Below the pieces are notes generated by a model that searched no databases, had not been told where the DNA came from, and saw only the letters and a program-made list of their open reading frames with translations. Position numbers and translations under genes: made by a program. From Balanoglossus misakiensis (lineage: Eukaryota; Animalia; Hemichordata), in NCBI GenBank assembly GCA_040954595.2, contig CM082583.2, positions 6,012,849 to 6,076,848 on the forward strand: a stretch of DNA of 64,000 bases, read 5' to 3'. Shown here piece after piece: positions 39,597 to 55,136 of the stretch. Position 1 is the stretch's first letter. Each line of letters opens with the position of its first letter.

Positions 39597-39669
39597 TGAC
39601 GTCATTCTCTTAATGCCATGAAGTCAGTAAATGAGAGTGTCAGGGGGAAAGCCAACGCTGGTGACGTCA
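39597..39669. promoter_or_regulatory. Pair of full CRE sites (TGACGTCA)
   Basis: TGACGTCA at 39597-39604 and 39662-39669. Motif match only. Confidence 0.4.
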
Positions 39670-42600
39670 TCAGTGCCATGATGTCGTCTCAGACTGGGTA
39701 ATACCGTCGGCATCCATACATTAAGCGGGAAAGATTCCAGTTTGTCAAGGTTATATCGAAATGGGAACAGGTTGTATGTAGAAATCGAAGCAGTAAATTG
39801 AGACATGTTTCAAATTTCTCTCTTCGACAATGAGACTGGTCATATTTCTTTTGACTTCGACCTCTCGAAATTAGAGTGCATTTATAGAGAAACAGAATAT
39901 TGATGGATGCTTTAAATTCTGGGACCCGGACCCCGAGAAAAGTGAATTACCATTTCTATTGACCTATACGTGCACATTATGATTGCTGTTAAGATTACGT
40001 GTATTCATCAGAATTAACCTTGATTTTTTTTCTAATTGCGATGAAATGACAGAAAGATTAGGTTTTCGTTAGAACTTGCCCGAAATGGGCCGTTGATGAA
40101 TATCTTTTTTGTTGAAATTATTAAAACAGATATCTGATAACGTCATTTCTGACCACACTGTTAATACTTCGATTTTATAAAGGAGGGGGGGGGCAATAAA
40201 TAGCCTGTCTTTCTTATTCAACCGGTCGGGTGGTAAGATAACGATGATATCTTTGATAGTTTGTCAAGATGACGCGCTGTCTCGAGGCTATTTGATGTTT
40301 GTAAGAAATTGGCCAGATGAGGAGTGCGCTCGAAGTGTACCTGCATGGCAACGCAAATGGATACGACAAAAGCTGACGTTTCCACGCCGTTGCTGCCGAC
40401 GCATGGTTATTAGAAAGACAAACAGGTGGTGGACGTCGCAATTAAACGACGACGACTCTCGAACGTTGCCCAATCACCGCACGCAGCGCTGTATTTCCGC
40501 TCTGCTTGGGCGTATCAGACGGTTTCCAGATTGTTTTCAGGAAACCCCCAAGGTTTAATCTCCGCTGCGTGTCACGTTGGTCGTCATGGGCAACAACGAA
40601 CCGTAGAAAATACAGGAGTCCACCGGCAACAGAGGCGTGTGGACGAAACATGACGAAAGTAACACAAACAGACGTGAGTGTGCATGGCCACGGGTCATGC
40701 TCGGTATATACACGTACATGATGACATGCATGTGCTACAAAACCAGTATAATGAACCTACAGTTTGTAATATTGACATCACAAGAATGTATTCACAATCT
40801 CTGATGAAACCAATTCTAAGTTTTACACGAACATTTATCTGCCATGAACGGAGGTGTACATGTTTATATGCACATCACAGCGTAACCCATGTAAGGAACA
40901 AGAAAACAGCATTTAGTTTTTCTGTCACGGACTACCAAAGTTGCAAATGGACTTAATTCTGTTGTACACGCAGGTTTTTTATCCGGCGATCCTACAATTA
41001 TGTACACGGTCTTGTTTGGTTTAGCGTGCATGCTAAAACTATGTCACTTGGAGGAAACGGAAAACTGTCAGAACGACTTTTTTCAACGAGTATAAACAGT
41101 ACGATGTCGTACTCGACGAGGTCGTCTCAACTGAATGGCAACTCGTAAAAGGCTATAGAGGGTTATCAGTCAACACCAAAGTCACCGTGCATTAGGTCTA
41201 ACCTGTTAAAGACTATCTATGTCACCAGACGATAACAGTCGATCCGACAGATGGATCTTTTGCAGATGCGCTTGGCAATTAAGGCGTATTGCACATTTTA
41301 AACTGTGACTGAGCTGTCGACGACGATGGACAAGTGACGGCTTCACTCTATGATCTCCAAGTGATGTTAACTTTTCTGCGCGTACTTTTCAGAATTAATT
41401 CATCTTCAGAATTTAAGAGGAGTCTTGCCTATAGGCGGGTGGTTTTATCGAGAGTGCAGCTTTCCGGCTAAAAGATCTTGCTTTATTCGCTTTTATCGAT
41501 TTTATAAACATGCTGTTATTTCTTTAAAATGGAGGCAGGGCGTTCACCTTTTCTTTCCCATTTCATTTGCCATCACCTACGTATCTATGTGGGTTATCAC
41601 TGACGTATCTGGCCAGGAAGCAAGCTGAGACACTTTGGCAGAGTTCTGAAGATGCCCACGCTCTATGTACTGTGCTGGAATAATAAACACGCGTGGCAAT
41701 ACGGTCAATGCTAATACGTGCGATCTTGATCTTTTTTACAAATGTTTTCCACAGATAAATTATAAACGACTTCACCCGAATAATCTTCGTGCAACTTTAA
41801 AGAAAACGATCATGCTGTATAGGACGCGGAGAGCAAAAAATGTGCTACCAATGGATAATCGTTCTCGCTCGACGGAAAATAGGGCAATTTGTATTCATAC
41901 CCAACTCAAGATAGGACCCGGATTCAGTGATATTTGGCATCGTACTGATCTAGCAATAAACCTTCTCTAGTCAATAGAATTCAAGCAGTGGCGTTATCAA
42001 TGCTCTTCAAATAACGTACAATATTCTCCTACATTCAACCTACGAAGTCCATTTAACAACTCTGTGCTTTCTTTTGAGGTTCGCACGAGTTCGGTTACGC
42101 GAAACAAGGCTATTCTTGTGTGCATAACTGAAGGCAAAACTCGAACATATACTTGCTTGAAGGCTCTCTTTATAAGAACAGTTTTCAGGCCGAGTACTTG
42201 TTAACCCGTTTTTCTTGTACAGAAATAGCATGATCAACTTATTAACAAGTCATTTTCAATGACTCAGTCTTCTGCAGTTCCATCAGCACTATTTGTAACA
42301 ATATGCTCTTCATAGCACGTTGGTAAATATCCCCATGTGCACAGATTCAAACATAGAATTATAAAAATGTTGCAATTCATTTGAAATTTTAAAAATCAAC
42401 TGACCTCGTCTTTATCAACTGTGCGACATGAAGACAATAATCCCCATCAGGCCTAGTTTTGTTTCGCTGTCAATTAACACCAGCCAACAACCTGACCTGG
42501 TGCTTCCGTGTCACGTGGTGAGTGCATGTGAGAGTCATTATATATATAGGCCATGCTCTACACAGCTGCACGAATGCGCCCTCGCGACACCATTACCTTG

Positions 42601-44683
42601 GTTGGTCGTACTTTCACCATTTCTGGCTTGCAGTAAAAAATAACGAACGGGAGGTTGTACACATTGTTCATTATAAGTACAGTGAGCGTGATTCCTCAAG
42701 ACAGCATATGTACATGGACCACTTTCCACCAGAGATACACCTATACGCTTGACCTAAATAGCTTTGATGAGTATACATGTAAACTTACATGTACATGTAT
42801 TGTACGCCGTATGCTTATCGACAGCTATAAGCAGACCGCGAATACAAACATGACTTTTCACTTGTCATTTTCTTAAATTGTGACCGCATGAAACGTTCAA
42901 GGATTCTCAGTGAATTATCAATATATATATTTGATGCATGGAAGGGTTTGAATGTGTGCAGCACGACACACACCTTGGAAAATTGCCTCAAATTGAGTGA
43001 AAACGCCTCGTTATCCCAGATTCTAATTACAGAATATCAAAATTGACCCATTGAACACTTCCTACGCTGTTTAAAACATGTCATCCAGGAATCACGACGA
43101 AGAAGTACACCATGAATAGAGCCAACATGTATAAATAATTGCTCGCATTAGAGCGGGCTTACAATTCTACTAAACCTGACAGGTTCGGGTTTGCATGTTG
43201 TGAAACGCACAAGGTCGAAGGACAAACGGGGGTTTTAATTTTTCTAACAGTGTCAGATGTGAGACTGTCGAAGAAATGTAAGCGTGTTACGTCATATTGC
43301 ATTAGTCGGCAGAAACTACCTGGCGGAGTAAAGATCGCATAGATGTCTTAAACTGGGGTCCCGCGGATCAATTCCCTGTACAGGGCGCGATTTGCCAGGA
43401 GTTTTACTATTAATTGACGTGAAATATCGTTTTAAACCTTGTTGTAAACCCTATGAGAGTTGAAATCTAAGACAACTGTAAACCTACAGATTGATGTTAA
43501 TTATACCAAGCTTGCAAGATTTATATCCAACTGATATCGTTGATCTCTTTCACGTCTTTCTCTGGTTTGCCAATATCTTGAGAAAACATACAATCGTCGA
43601 CGACAGAGACGTCGAGGAAGATGGTAATTTAACTTGCGCAGTGCATGAATGTGTACGTGTCAGATGAGCTGTCTGTATGATTCCTGCCAATGTCCCTCTT
43701 ACACTGACGTGTTTCGACTGCCCCATGTTGTTATCTGATACATGTAGGTGGTTCGGTGACAGGCGGTGTGGGTTTTACTGATTTTCATCAATCTCGACTT
43801 GAACAAGTTCAGTTAAGAGTGCCGGGGGAACGTCACTGATAATTTCGCGACCGTCGCCTCCTTTCCAAAATGCTGTCTAGTCTGTTAAACACAACTGTAC
43901 TTCCCTAGTCTTGACGGGGGTAATGCAATAAATGAAATGTAACTCAATTTGTGTGTTTTATCTTTTCTATCATCCTAAAACTAAATGGAAACTCGACATG
44001 AAATCCTGGCTGGCGTTTTATTCCGCTGCTCCAATCAACTTAAACAGTGTCCCAATGTCTGATGTCGGTGAATGGCAGATGACTAATACGAGATGTACAT
44101 TAAGCATCAAGTAAATTGCCAACACCACGAACGACTCCCTGGCATATAATAGCAGGGCCGGGGATGTGCGTTGGCCGCTTTACACTTCTCCATTTAACAA
44201 AGCGAGCGGGCGACAGCTTTGCTCCACTTACGCGGGATAGAAATTGTCATGACGTACAAACCACGCGATTTCTCGCATGACCCCAATATCACTACAGTAA
44301 AGCTGATGGCAAATGTATGAAAATAGAACTTAGGCGAAGAAAAAAATACCGTTCGATAGATGTGGCTTATTGGGAAATAATATCAAAATCCCATTCCTCG
44401 TAATGTGGATCTTGAAAGATATGGTAATCCCGCATACGAGCCGCGAAGATTATTTAAGAACAAGCCGGGTTCATAGCTCACATGCACATTAAGGTCACCA
44501 GTAAAAACGATACACGATAAATTCAGGCATGGCTAGCAGCCGCATATTAATTTTCTTGCCATTAAAAATCTTGAAAAGCCTATGTATTTTTATATATATT
44601 TCCTCGCCATCGTTCCGGCCGAGCAGTCGTTTGGGGGGAAAATCGTATCTCATTGACATTTTACATTCATCGGAAAGTGACCT

Positions 44684-44697
44684 GTTACCATGGTAAC
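44684..44697. promoter_or_regulatory. Perfect palindromic RFX X-box motif
   Basis: GTTACCATGGTAAC. Motif match only; binding not shown. Confidence 0.55.
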
Positions 44698-47600
44698 CGA
44701 GATAATTGTGCGCATCGCCGCAGGTTTCCAGAAGAGAGCGGGCAAGTAGATATTCTAAAATATCAAGCAAGCAATGGATGTAGTCGTACGACGAAATAAG
44801 GCTTAACGAATCGTATTGTAGATTCCTAGTGGTGATAAAGGAGACAGGAGTCGCCATTAACAGATTTTCACCGAAATCGTCGACGAGGCAAAAACTCGAT
44901 GCGTCACTGTCGTCAGCAAACCTCGGCAATTGCTTTTATATACCGACAGTATGGCTGCACTGAATGGCTGAGTCGAGAATCTCATGTGTCCCCTCATTTT
45001 GACCTTCATTATTTTCAAGTACCTTGCGAACCATTGAATGCCTCAGTATGGAAACACCGTGACCCTTAACAAATTCGGACGACGGAATACAATCTGACGA
45101 TCAGCGCCGATGTACTAGGCAGCACTCCCTAGAGCCACAGACTTCTAATATAGATATTGACGCAAACGATCACTGTGCATCACAGAAACAATTAAAACCG
45201 TCCACAGTGGACTTTAAAAGCTGAAAACAACGAGAAACCAGAATTTGATTGCCGTCACGGTCACGAAAGGCAGTAGTAATTCCATTCCATATTGGCAAAT
45301 TTGGAAATATCATAAACTAGCCTGATAAATTTATTTTTCAAAATAATCGTCGTTGTTGATGATGACGATGTCGATACATATATTTCCAATATGATTGAAT
45401 TTTAAATTGAATTTTAATCATGCATTTTGTTGTTGTTGTTGTTTTTATATTATCTTTGTTGTAGTTTTTAAGCTCCAGACGACTTTATGATGAATTACTA
45501 ATGCACGCATAATCATTAAATGGCTTTCCCAGAACTCAAATTGAGACTGTCGCTTGCTGTGTCAGCTTGATTAGTGTTTATAATGCACGTACACCAACAG
45601 ACGACTCTAACCGAACGACAGCAAAAACCGCGAGAAAAAAGTACAGAAACCTTCTATATACAGCCGATGTTAATAAACATTCACAAATGTACTAAAGCGT
45701 GATTGACAATCGCTAAACATAGATGTTGTTGTACAAATGCACCGTCTGCAGGCATTGTGCAAATTTGGCCGATGTCGTGAAAAGGGACTAGCAATCTCGC
45801 TCGAACCATTGTCGTAATAACGAATTGATAATCAGAACCTCGGTCGTTGTCGTAAAGAGCAAACAGGCAATCAAATAACCCAAGTGTTGCGGTGTACGAA
45901 GGACCGACACACGACACGCTCGGCTGTCGTAAAAAGGGGGGAACTTACAATCACCACACTCAAGCAAATTATCAGTGTTGCTGCCTTATTCGACATCAAA
46001 GATGACGCCTGGAGAATATGACTTGGCTCGCTGATCTGAAATGCTCCCTGCGATCCCAGACGGCGCAATATCGGAGCATTACATCTCTTGCACTTTGTGT
46101 CTACGCCAGAGGTCGCCCCTGTCTTTTGAACTGATTGAAATGGCGCACTTTAAAGGGGTTCTATTCGAGAACAAAAAATGGCAAACGGGGAAATGCGCTC
46201 ATTAAAAGCAATTGTTGAAATATGGCAGGTAGCATGATAACGAGCTGGTACGGATCCTCTGAGGAGAACGAGCGCGGACGTTGACAAAGTAAAGTGAAAA
46301 TCAGAGTGACAAGAAGATAGCCTGGTACCTTTTAACACTTAACAAACGCTAGAAAACATGCATTTTATCTCGTCTGGAGAGTTGCGCTCCCTCCTTAAAT
46401 TGATTTTCGTTCGCTTCCTGCAATGAACCATCAACGTGTCTACAATGAAAACACGTGTATTTGATCATAATTTGCAACGTGGTAATGCAGAACGTAATTA
46501 GAGACGACGCGAAAGGACGGAGTAGGGGGGAAATGGGCAATCCAGTATTTACATTATTAATAGATTTTGAGACTTGGAAAGCCTTGTAAGCTAAATACTG
46601 AATGTGTAGTAGGCTGCACAAAGTGCTTGCATGTAGTTATAAGACCATAAGCTTTGGCAAAATCCTTTAACAGATCAGACCAAATCTTATTTTTCCGATT
46701 CAAACTTGTCGTGTCATCGTTGAAAACAAGCATATGTCGTGGCTTGTCTGGAAATCGATGGAACGGCACGATAACGTCAAAAAGCAAGTCGTGTGACGAG
46801 AAGCCCGGTTGTATTTTCCTCAGACTGTCTGTTGTGATCACCGAGTCGAAAACCAAACACTCGTCTCCGAGACCACAACGTGCCGTTTTCTGTCACGAAT
46901 TGTAGCTTGTCTCAAACCGTGGGCAAGTGTTGGAAGGAGGGCTTACCCATGGCCAAGGAGTGACAGTGGCAGGCTGAATTAGCCTAGAACAAGTGGACAC
47001 GTAACCAAAGCCACAATGCTGGGAGATGATACCCAAGTATATGGGAAGGCATGGATTTAAACATACATCGAGTTCACAGCCATTAGGAGCACGACTTCAA
47101 CCAGAATCATGGAATCAAGACTGTGGAATAAAGAGGGAATTTATCTTAATATTCAAATGCGTAGGGAGAAAACGAAGTCCTTGGTGAATCACGGAGGTTT
47201 GGATTTTTTTGAGAAAACGTACCTACTTGTAATAGCGCTGGGATATACGACACCAGTATTCAGAATCAACGCAGGATGATGCGATGGCGCTGAAGTTTTG
47301 CATTAAAACCTTTCGATCACAAAAAGGCTGGTTGTTTTCCACTCTGCAGGCAAGTTCAGGCAAAAATATGAAAAAAATGGACAAGAAGTAAGCCAATTAC
47401 TGCAACTTCAAGCTTATTGGCTGACTTTCTTCATACACGAGTTGACCGCATCCTTGCAGCGATAAATATGGTGGCTCTTACAGCGTTTGCTATCCATCCC
47501 CCCTCGATTAAACGCGTGTCTGTTCGTACATCTTTTGCGCGAAACACACTCTCGCGGGATTCGCACACTTTGTTCTCGCCCATATTTGCCGAAGTTTGTC

Positions 47601-49062
47601 ACGTGGTTTATTTGCATTACTGTTCGTGATGATATCAAGTTTGATTGTCGACGTTCGACTTTCAACATGACTAGTGATCAGTCAGCATTAATTCTCCTGA
47701 TTCCTTATACAGTAAAGTCAGTCACGGTAAAATAACTACCGTTCGATATCTTTGTCGACTTCTGTCTTCACTGGACTGGAAAATATCGAGCCCGTGTCTT
47801 CAACCATGTGAGTTTTTGTATCAGAACAGCGATCGCCCTGGCGGGGGCTTCGGCTACGGGCTTTGTCTCCCGGTTTGTGTTACACGCCGTCGTCATTTTC
47901 ACAGATGAAAGCACGATTGAATTTACTCGAGACCTGCAGCGCACGGGCTGTGTGTGTCACGTAACTGAAACAATTATTCCAAAGAAATTTGCATTCAGAT
48001 TGTTCATCTTCTAAATTTTCACCCGTGAACGATCAATTGCCAACCGCTTCTGGCCAAGTGCATGCTAATCACGTGACCCCAATAGCGGATTCTCCGCAAA
48101 GTTCGTTGCATTTATTTCAAGACTGCAAATCGCCTTTCCAGCTAAATTGTTAGCCTAAGTTGCCATGGTGACATTCAATCACCGGCTCTTGTTTCAAACG
48201 ACGTAAACACCGAACATGACTGTGTCTAGCGCCGACAACGAGGGGGGCTGGTCGAAGACGAGAAGAGCCGGGAATAGAAGAATGACGCAATAAGAAGAAT
48301 ATCAATAACAGATTCGCATCGTCAAAGCGATTAATTCGTCATAAAACGTACGCAAGACATGTATTTTCAGTTTGACCCGCCCTTCCCCCCCCCCCTCTCC
48401 AGCTCGCACGCACGCACACATGCAGTCCACACGCGAGCGCACACATATTTTTTTTTCTCATTTCGACTGCAATCTGCTCATACTTTTCGTTGCTACAAGT
48501 GTGAATCAGAATAAATACAATCCAGGATATATTAGTATATTCATTGTTCGCGTTGGTAATGCCGTACGTGTTAGACTGTGTACAATTCTACTCGGGTGTT
48601 GCCAGAATGACGATTTGGGTCGTTGCAAAAATCCACATACAAGATGTTTGTAGAGACAGACAAAATTATTAATCAGAAAATGATTCGGGCGCTCCATTCG
48701 CAGACATCCCGTTCCCCATTCTTGTTTGTCGATCGAAATGCCCATTTCCGTGGTAACGCCGCACACGCAGCGATACAATGTGCCATGCACTTATTATGTC
48801 TGAGGTTCTTCTTTGGAACTTCACACACTGAACCCACTCAAAAGACGATATGGATCGATTTAAAGGTGCCAATAAAATATGAGAAAATGAATCAAATATT
48901 TACGTCTGTGTGATTAGGAGAAAAAAAAGACGGGGCTCGACTCGTTGTTCGCACGCTACACCGACATTGTCACAGCGAGCATATAAATCTGATAGGATAT
49001 CGGTACCATAGAAGGCCTCGTATTATAGTCGCCAAGCGGATAATTTCTTGTAGTCAATTTTT

Positions 49063-49140
49063 CCACCACCACCACCACCACCACCACCACCACCACCACC
49101 ACCACCACCACCACCACCACCACCACCACCACCACTACCA
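49063..49140. repeat. (CCA)n trinucleotide microsatellite
   Basis: Long, nearly pure CCA run; source of the poly-Val ORF 48956-49159. Confidence 0.97.
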
Positions 49141-52100
49141 TCAGTAGGATCATCGTCATTAATTAGTGTAATTGTGAATATTGTAATTGTGAAATATGAG
49201 ACAAGACAAAAACTTTGTTTGCTTCAGTCACAATGTCTATTATTAGACATATCCTCTATTTTAAGGGGGTACAAATCCTCTATACAAACAACATTCAGTA
49301 CATTCCCGCTTACAGAATAAAGGAAAACGGTTGACCAAAGTCAGTGTAGTATTGGTCAATAAAGCCGCTTATACACATGTGAAAATCCATGGGCAGTGGC
49401 CGTGTCTAAATTGTCTAAATGCGTATTTGCTAAGGGGGAAACCAGAATTAGATGCGCTGCAAGTTTACAAATTATTCTGAGCGAAATCGCTTTATTCAGA
49501 AGTTACAGTGGACTTTCACCGTCATTGAGTGGTAAGTGGAAATTTCAAATCAAGAAGTAACGAGCAGATAACGGTGCTGCGAATGTTTCCTAACTGTAAA
49601 TATAGTTGCAACTAATCAAATATCGGCGTCATTAATCTACTGCCCACAGTCACATACAAGACCTGGAAGTATTCATGACAATTCTTTAAACGGCGTGGCG
49701 GGGCATTCCTTTCATCCGCGCACTTCATTGCACACCCGTTTATCCTGTTCAATCTTGCCGTGCCTGCGTCATACGGAAGGGCGTACACGCAATGCAATGA
49801 TGTCACATGCCACGCTAGATTCGAGACACGGGCCAATCAGTGTTTTTGAATAGGAGAGCTGAAGGCAAAGAGTTGTTTGCTCCGTTTTTTTCAGGGAAAC
49901 AGGCAGGAAGGAAAGAACGCGCATTTCCACTCAAGTTGATCTGTCAGGAAGTCTCCATGTCAACGTATATGCATGTACAATGAGGGGCACGCAAATCCTC
50001 AAGTTCAGGACAAAAGACCTAATAATATGCGCTGGGTACCGTGCGTGCTGAAATGCTCGATCAATCACCACGAATGGTTACTGGGGACTATCCCCCCCCC
50101 CCCCCCCGTTTTGTCAACAAGGCAGCTCAAGTAAATCATAGCATAGGGCTCTTGTTGTAAATTGTGACAGACAGACGAAAATTAAGTGTATCACGCTAGT
50201 GCTTTGGTGTTTTTCTATTCAAAGACGACTAATGCCAACCGTCAAATGAGTGATATATTGAAGTCGGTAGCAAGCGTGCCCCGATTACAAGTGATAAAAT
50301 ACCATAGCGATACCAATTTATGGGATTATGATTGTTCTAACTCAATATGTGCATTAGTGCCAGGACGATAAATCAATCTGGGCGCGACCTTTGGCCCATA
50401 CTTTCATTTATAACAAAACTTATCAAGTGACGTGTGCTAAGTGGCGTGGTCATGTTGTATTCTGGGATAGGCATCGACGACCCCGTTTAATTTCATATTA
50501 ACTTCTTATTAATTTCTTATCTGCTGTGATCTTGATCGTTTGTCGTAAGTTACGGATTCTGGTGACAGGAGTTCAAAGATACACTTTTATGTTACCTAGT
50601 GAATTGGTCAGTATGCTACGTATTCGGTCGTTCACAAACATCCCACCTAATTTGAAATTGCATATGTAATACAAAAAGGGAAATTGCCCCCGAAAGTTGG
50701 AAGTGGGGATATTACGGTCACGTGACATCCATAACGTACGGAAGCACGAATGTGACGTGGAACTCGATTTATATTGCTTTAAGGAACACCACAATGTTTA
50801 CACGGAGAACCTTTATTCAACTTAACGCCTGCGCCTTTCTAGCGGTTCTGTACACAACCGCGGAGGCAATTTCCTGTAGACGATGCCATTTAGCGATCAG
50901 GCTGTTCGTGTTAGATACTTCTCTGCTAATCCCGCAATTAGGGCGAGGGAAGTGCTCAAAAAGTCAGAGTTCGAAACGTTACGATAGTACAATTGTCACT
51001 TTCAAGAGCGAGGCGTTACGATGAAAAGCGACGATTTAGTGGTTTTCCTCAACTGCGATCGATAGAGGAAACAACATTTTGCAATTCAATGGCTACTTTC
51101 AAACATCGGGCTTTCCCTCATTCTGGAGTATGCTCGGGCGAATGTCGTGTTCAGCATACAATAATGCGGAGGTCTGCAGACACGCACTACGCTGACTAGA
51201 CCGAGAACAAGGTGACGGCGATAGTCTAAAACGTGCAACACCAATTTTCCTCTTACACGTTACAGGTGTTCTGTGAAGACTACAGAGCTTGCGAGACATG
51301 GTGACAATGTGAAACTTTAGATACCAAGCTTCTGTCACAGATCTGACAGATGGAAAGGATAGGCTATAATCCAGCCCCATTACCCTGGCCCATCCTGATA
51401 TAACTTCATTTTAATGTTAAGAGCACTAAGATCATAAATGTCATTACTGAAATAAATCATATGATATAATTCCAGTATTTTATTCATCTCTGCTTTCTGT
51501 TCCCTTATGAAATACTGACACAATCACTAACGAGTTAAGTACTACATATGGTAATCACTAGGATACGGTGTATAATAAAAAGCTGCTTTACATCCGCAAA
51601 ATACGGATTTTTGCAATTGGCCCCTTTGATCAAAAATCATTATTTGGATAGTTTATCTCGTTACAGACTAGACGATTCGTAAAATCATTTCGATTCCGCG
51701 AATATAAATTTTATTAAGCTCCTTTAACTTGGGCAAACTTATTATTTTGGCATTTTGCTCCGTCTCACGCTCCGTGATTTATTCGCAATGTTGAGGGCGG
51801 GCCGGAGGAATTTACTGTCAATAGCGAAAAAGTGTATTCACATTTGGTGTGAGGGAGAAACTATTATTCTGGGCGATGAGTACTACGTGTAGAGATATTG
51901 TTGCACCCAATGTTAACCCCACAATGCGACATGAAATGGCAAAGGCAGGGAGGTCAGCTATCCGTTCATGCGGTTTGCAATTTTTTGGCGCGTCGATGTT
52001 TGCCCGTTTCCGTGGAAATCCTGCGGAGTCTTTCACGATTCGACAATTACGTTGCCAGGTATACCCGAGCGCAATTTGTCCTTTTGTACACACGCACACA

Positions 52101-52610
52101 TCCAACCAAGCCAATTACTGCCGACCCCCGTCATTCTGTTGTTTCGTTTCACCGTCGGCAAAACTCGACATTTCCTTGATCTGCGGGCCTGTTCAGCCGC
52201 TTAGCATGCCTCATTCACCGTGACGCGGATAGACCGTAAATACTGTTCAGCATCTCAGAATCTCCAGTTGAAACTCAGGGCCGCATAACACTGTATTTGC
52301 TCAAGATAACAATTAAGATAGGGGGATTGGACAGAATAAATGAGGAGGGTTGTGTGATGTTAAGGAGAGCCTCTACTCGTATATACTTGGCGTCCCTGGG
52401 AATGCATTGGTAAAAGTGACAGTCCAAGTTATACTTCTCAGAAGCGCGTGTACCATATTAATTTGACCGCAGTACTGGGTAAACTTCTCAGTATGACAGA
52501 GTGAGCTGTCTGACTTTTGAATCGCTATCCCTTGCAGCTGTAATACTCGAAGATTAACAAGACACGTGCGTGTATCTATTTTGGGTGGCGTGTTTTGAAC
52601 ATCCATTACC

Positions 52611-52749
52611 ATAATATGAATTTCGCCCCGAGCGAACGTAGCGATTGCAAGTTACCTCTTTCCCACTTTTTTCTATCGCGCCTTTTTTGACAATTAACTG
52701 GAGTGCCAAGGCTTAGTTGACTGGGTGCCAGGCGAAATGTTCAAATTAT
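52611..52749. mobile_element. Possible ~140-bp MITE
   Basis: ATAATATGAATTTCGCC (52611-52627) vs GGCGAAATGTTCAAATTAT (52731-52749) form imperfect terminal inverted repeats; internal direct repeat ACTGGAGTGCCAAG / ACTGGGTGCCAGG. Confidence 0.35.
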
Positions 52750-55136
52750 ACACATGTTTAGTGCTTGGGAATAACAGATTTGTAAAAAAATCTCTTGTAT
52801 GTTGAAATCACAACTGTTAATTTTTTCTTAAATTAAATTCTGCATAAGTCAGTATAGCTTTACGCTTATAAACTAGAACATACATTGTAGGTTGCTCTAT
52901 TGGATAAACAAGAAAGCTTTTACTATTGCTAAATTAAAGATTTATGCACATTCAGATAAATGTCTTAAAACACAATCGATTTATGAAATACTGTATCGGG
53001 TAGACTTGTTTGAATTCAAAGCCAAAACTACTGACATTGGAAGCTCCGGAAAGGGAAATCACAGGAAGCAAAATATGAGATGAATGCTCTATTTTTCCAT
53101 AGTCTCAAATTCACACTCTGCCATTTAGAAGGACCTATAATTCAATTCATTGATTTTGAGCCGACGGATCGTTGAGCGCTTTCGTCGAAATCTCTGACAC
53201 TATTGTCTGGGCAATGGTTTTTGAGAATGAGGCCGCCGTACTTTATTGAAGCTACTAGGAACTGCGTCAATTATGGATGACACGCGGCGGACTTCCGGTG
53301 GTAAAGAACATGGCGCATACGTACATGTACCAGTTTGACACATGCGCCGTTAGCGTCATCAAAGACGAAATAATCTATCTTGCTTTGTCACATTGACGTT
53401 TCAGTCTACCGTTGCTCTAACAAATCAGTGTCACGATAAAAAAAATACAGAACAAAACAATAAAACGTATCAGTCCTGTCCTTTGGAAACAAAATTCCTG
53501 ATATATTTCAATGTAATGGGCTATCGATGGTGGGTGATTTTGCTAAAACGAAGCTTCGTCTTGCTTACTTCCATTACGTCACCACCTCCCCTTCCTCAGA
53601 ATCAGAACAGCTCGTCTACAGGTGGTTGAACGTGTACACACAAACCTGTCACCATATCCGCTTTACTATTTTACCAATTTCACTCAGTAATTACAAGGCC
53701 CTCGAAAGTAACGTTTCAATCAAGCGAATGGAATACAGGAAAAGCTTTCGGGTGACATATGGAATATCCCACCAGGCGACTGTGAGACACAAAGCGAACG
53801 CTTGAATACACAGCGAGGTGTTCTCCACGGGCGATCGAAAATATTTGCCGTATTTCATAATCGTTGAAATGGCAAGGTTCGTCAGAATATGCTTCCCTAG
53901 TGGGACTTTTGATGATTGCCCTCGAAAGAAGACATATACTATAAACATTCTTCTACACGGGAGAAGCGGGGAATCATTCTCTGTTCAACTACTATACGTA
54001 ATCGATTATAAGTGCCGATTTTTGGATACAGAGTCGTAAATACGATATCAACAACATCACCATTTCGCGCATAATTTCAACCGCAACAAAACAGTGCTCC
54101 AAAATTTCACAACCCACCAGGTTGCTAGCCTTGTCAGAAAAATACGTTTGTGGTGGTAATTTGTGATGGTTATTTTTTTAAGCGTCCTTCGTGGACTAGG
54201 TGTGACTGATAATTTTATTAGTATCGTTTACCCAGTGTATTCACATGGGTACCCTGTAAACGTAAGAAAAGTTGAGAACTGCCACGTGTTACTGAGTATT
54301 TTCTCCAATGTGTCACATTACGTTACAGCACAATACCATCACTTGGGATCGGAACGATATTTAAAACAAAAATAATACCGGCCAAAGGGCATCTTTGCTT
54401 TCAATGTATGCGCAGTGGTTTAAAAGGGGTGAAGACAAAACCGGAGGTACGGGGAATATGCTGTTGTCAGAAACGATCAGCTCGTACACATATCTCAGGA
54501 AATCCCACGCCGTTCAGACATTACTGCCACGATTACATGTAGCAGACACCACTCGGTGAGAGTATGATATGGGATGAAAATCAGCGGATTGTTTTTGTTC
54601 TGACGTGGCCCCTTGCTCCGTCGGACGCGATATGACTTTTCCATAACTTTCCATTATTGCACTCTCCGTAGGGCACAGCGGTATTATAGTTAACGTGGCT
54701 TTCGTTCGCGACAGTACGAATGTGATCAAGTTAATTTTTCGCGTTCCCAGTAGTGTGTTTTAAGTGCAGATAAAATAGGGAGACAGCTTCGCCTAACACG
54801 CACGCATATGCAGCACGGTTGGAGCCAAGCGAACAATGATTTGATGCAATCCTGAAGCTGATATTCGGTTGCAGGGGGATTAATCTGACAAGAAACACGA
54901 ACGGAACATAAAGTGACTACTTTGTAACTCATCTGCACAGCACTTACACAGAAATACGCACACATGTGCGTTCACGTGAACACCAGTGCTTATTATCAAC
55001 AATCTACTGAAAAACAAGCTTACCTATAAAGTATTGCGAAAGAAATAAAAAGAAATATCAGACGGCGAATGTTTCATTTTTGTCTACTGTTTCTTTCACT
55101 GCGCTGTTTTTATAGAAACTTGTGGAGTATCGATGG

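Noticed and set aside
35558-39599. MYVC/IHTY repeat ORFs, and the apparent large inverted repeat between the (ATAC)n and (GTAT)n tracts
   Set aside because: Common microsatellite on opposite strands; the flanks show no homology, so these are not transposon TIRs or proteins.
46150-46335. TTAAAGGGG...CCTTTTAA possible TTAA-flanked MITE
   Set aside because: The inverted match is only about 7 bp, consistent with chance.
48956-49159. Poly-valine ORF resembling a TM or signal segment
   Set aside because: Translation of the (CCA)n microsatellite.
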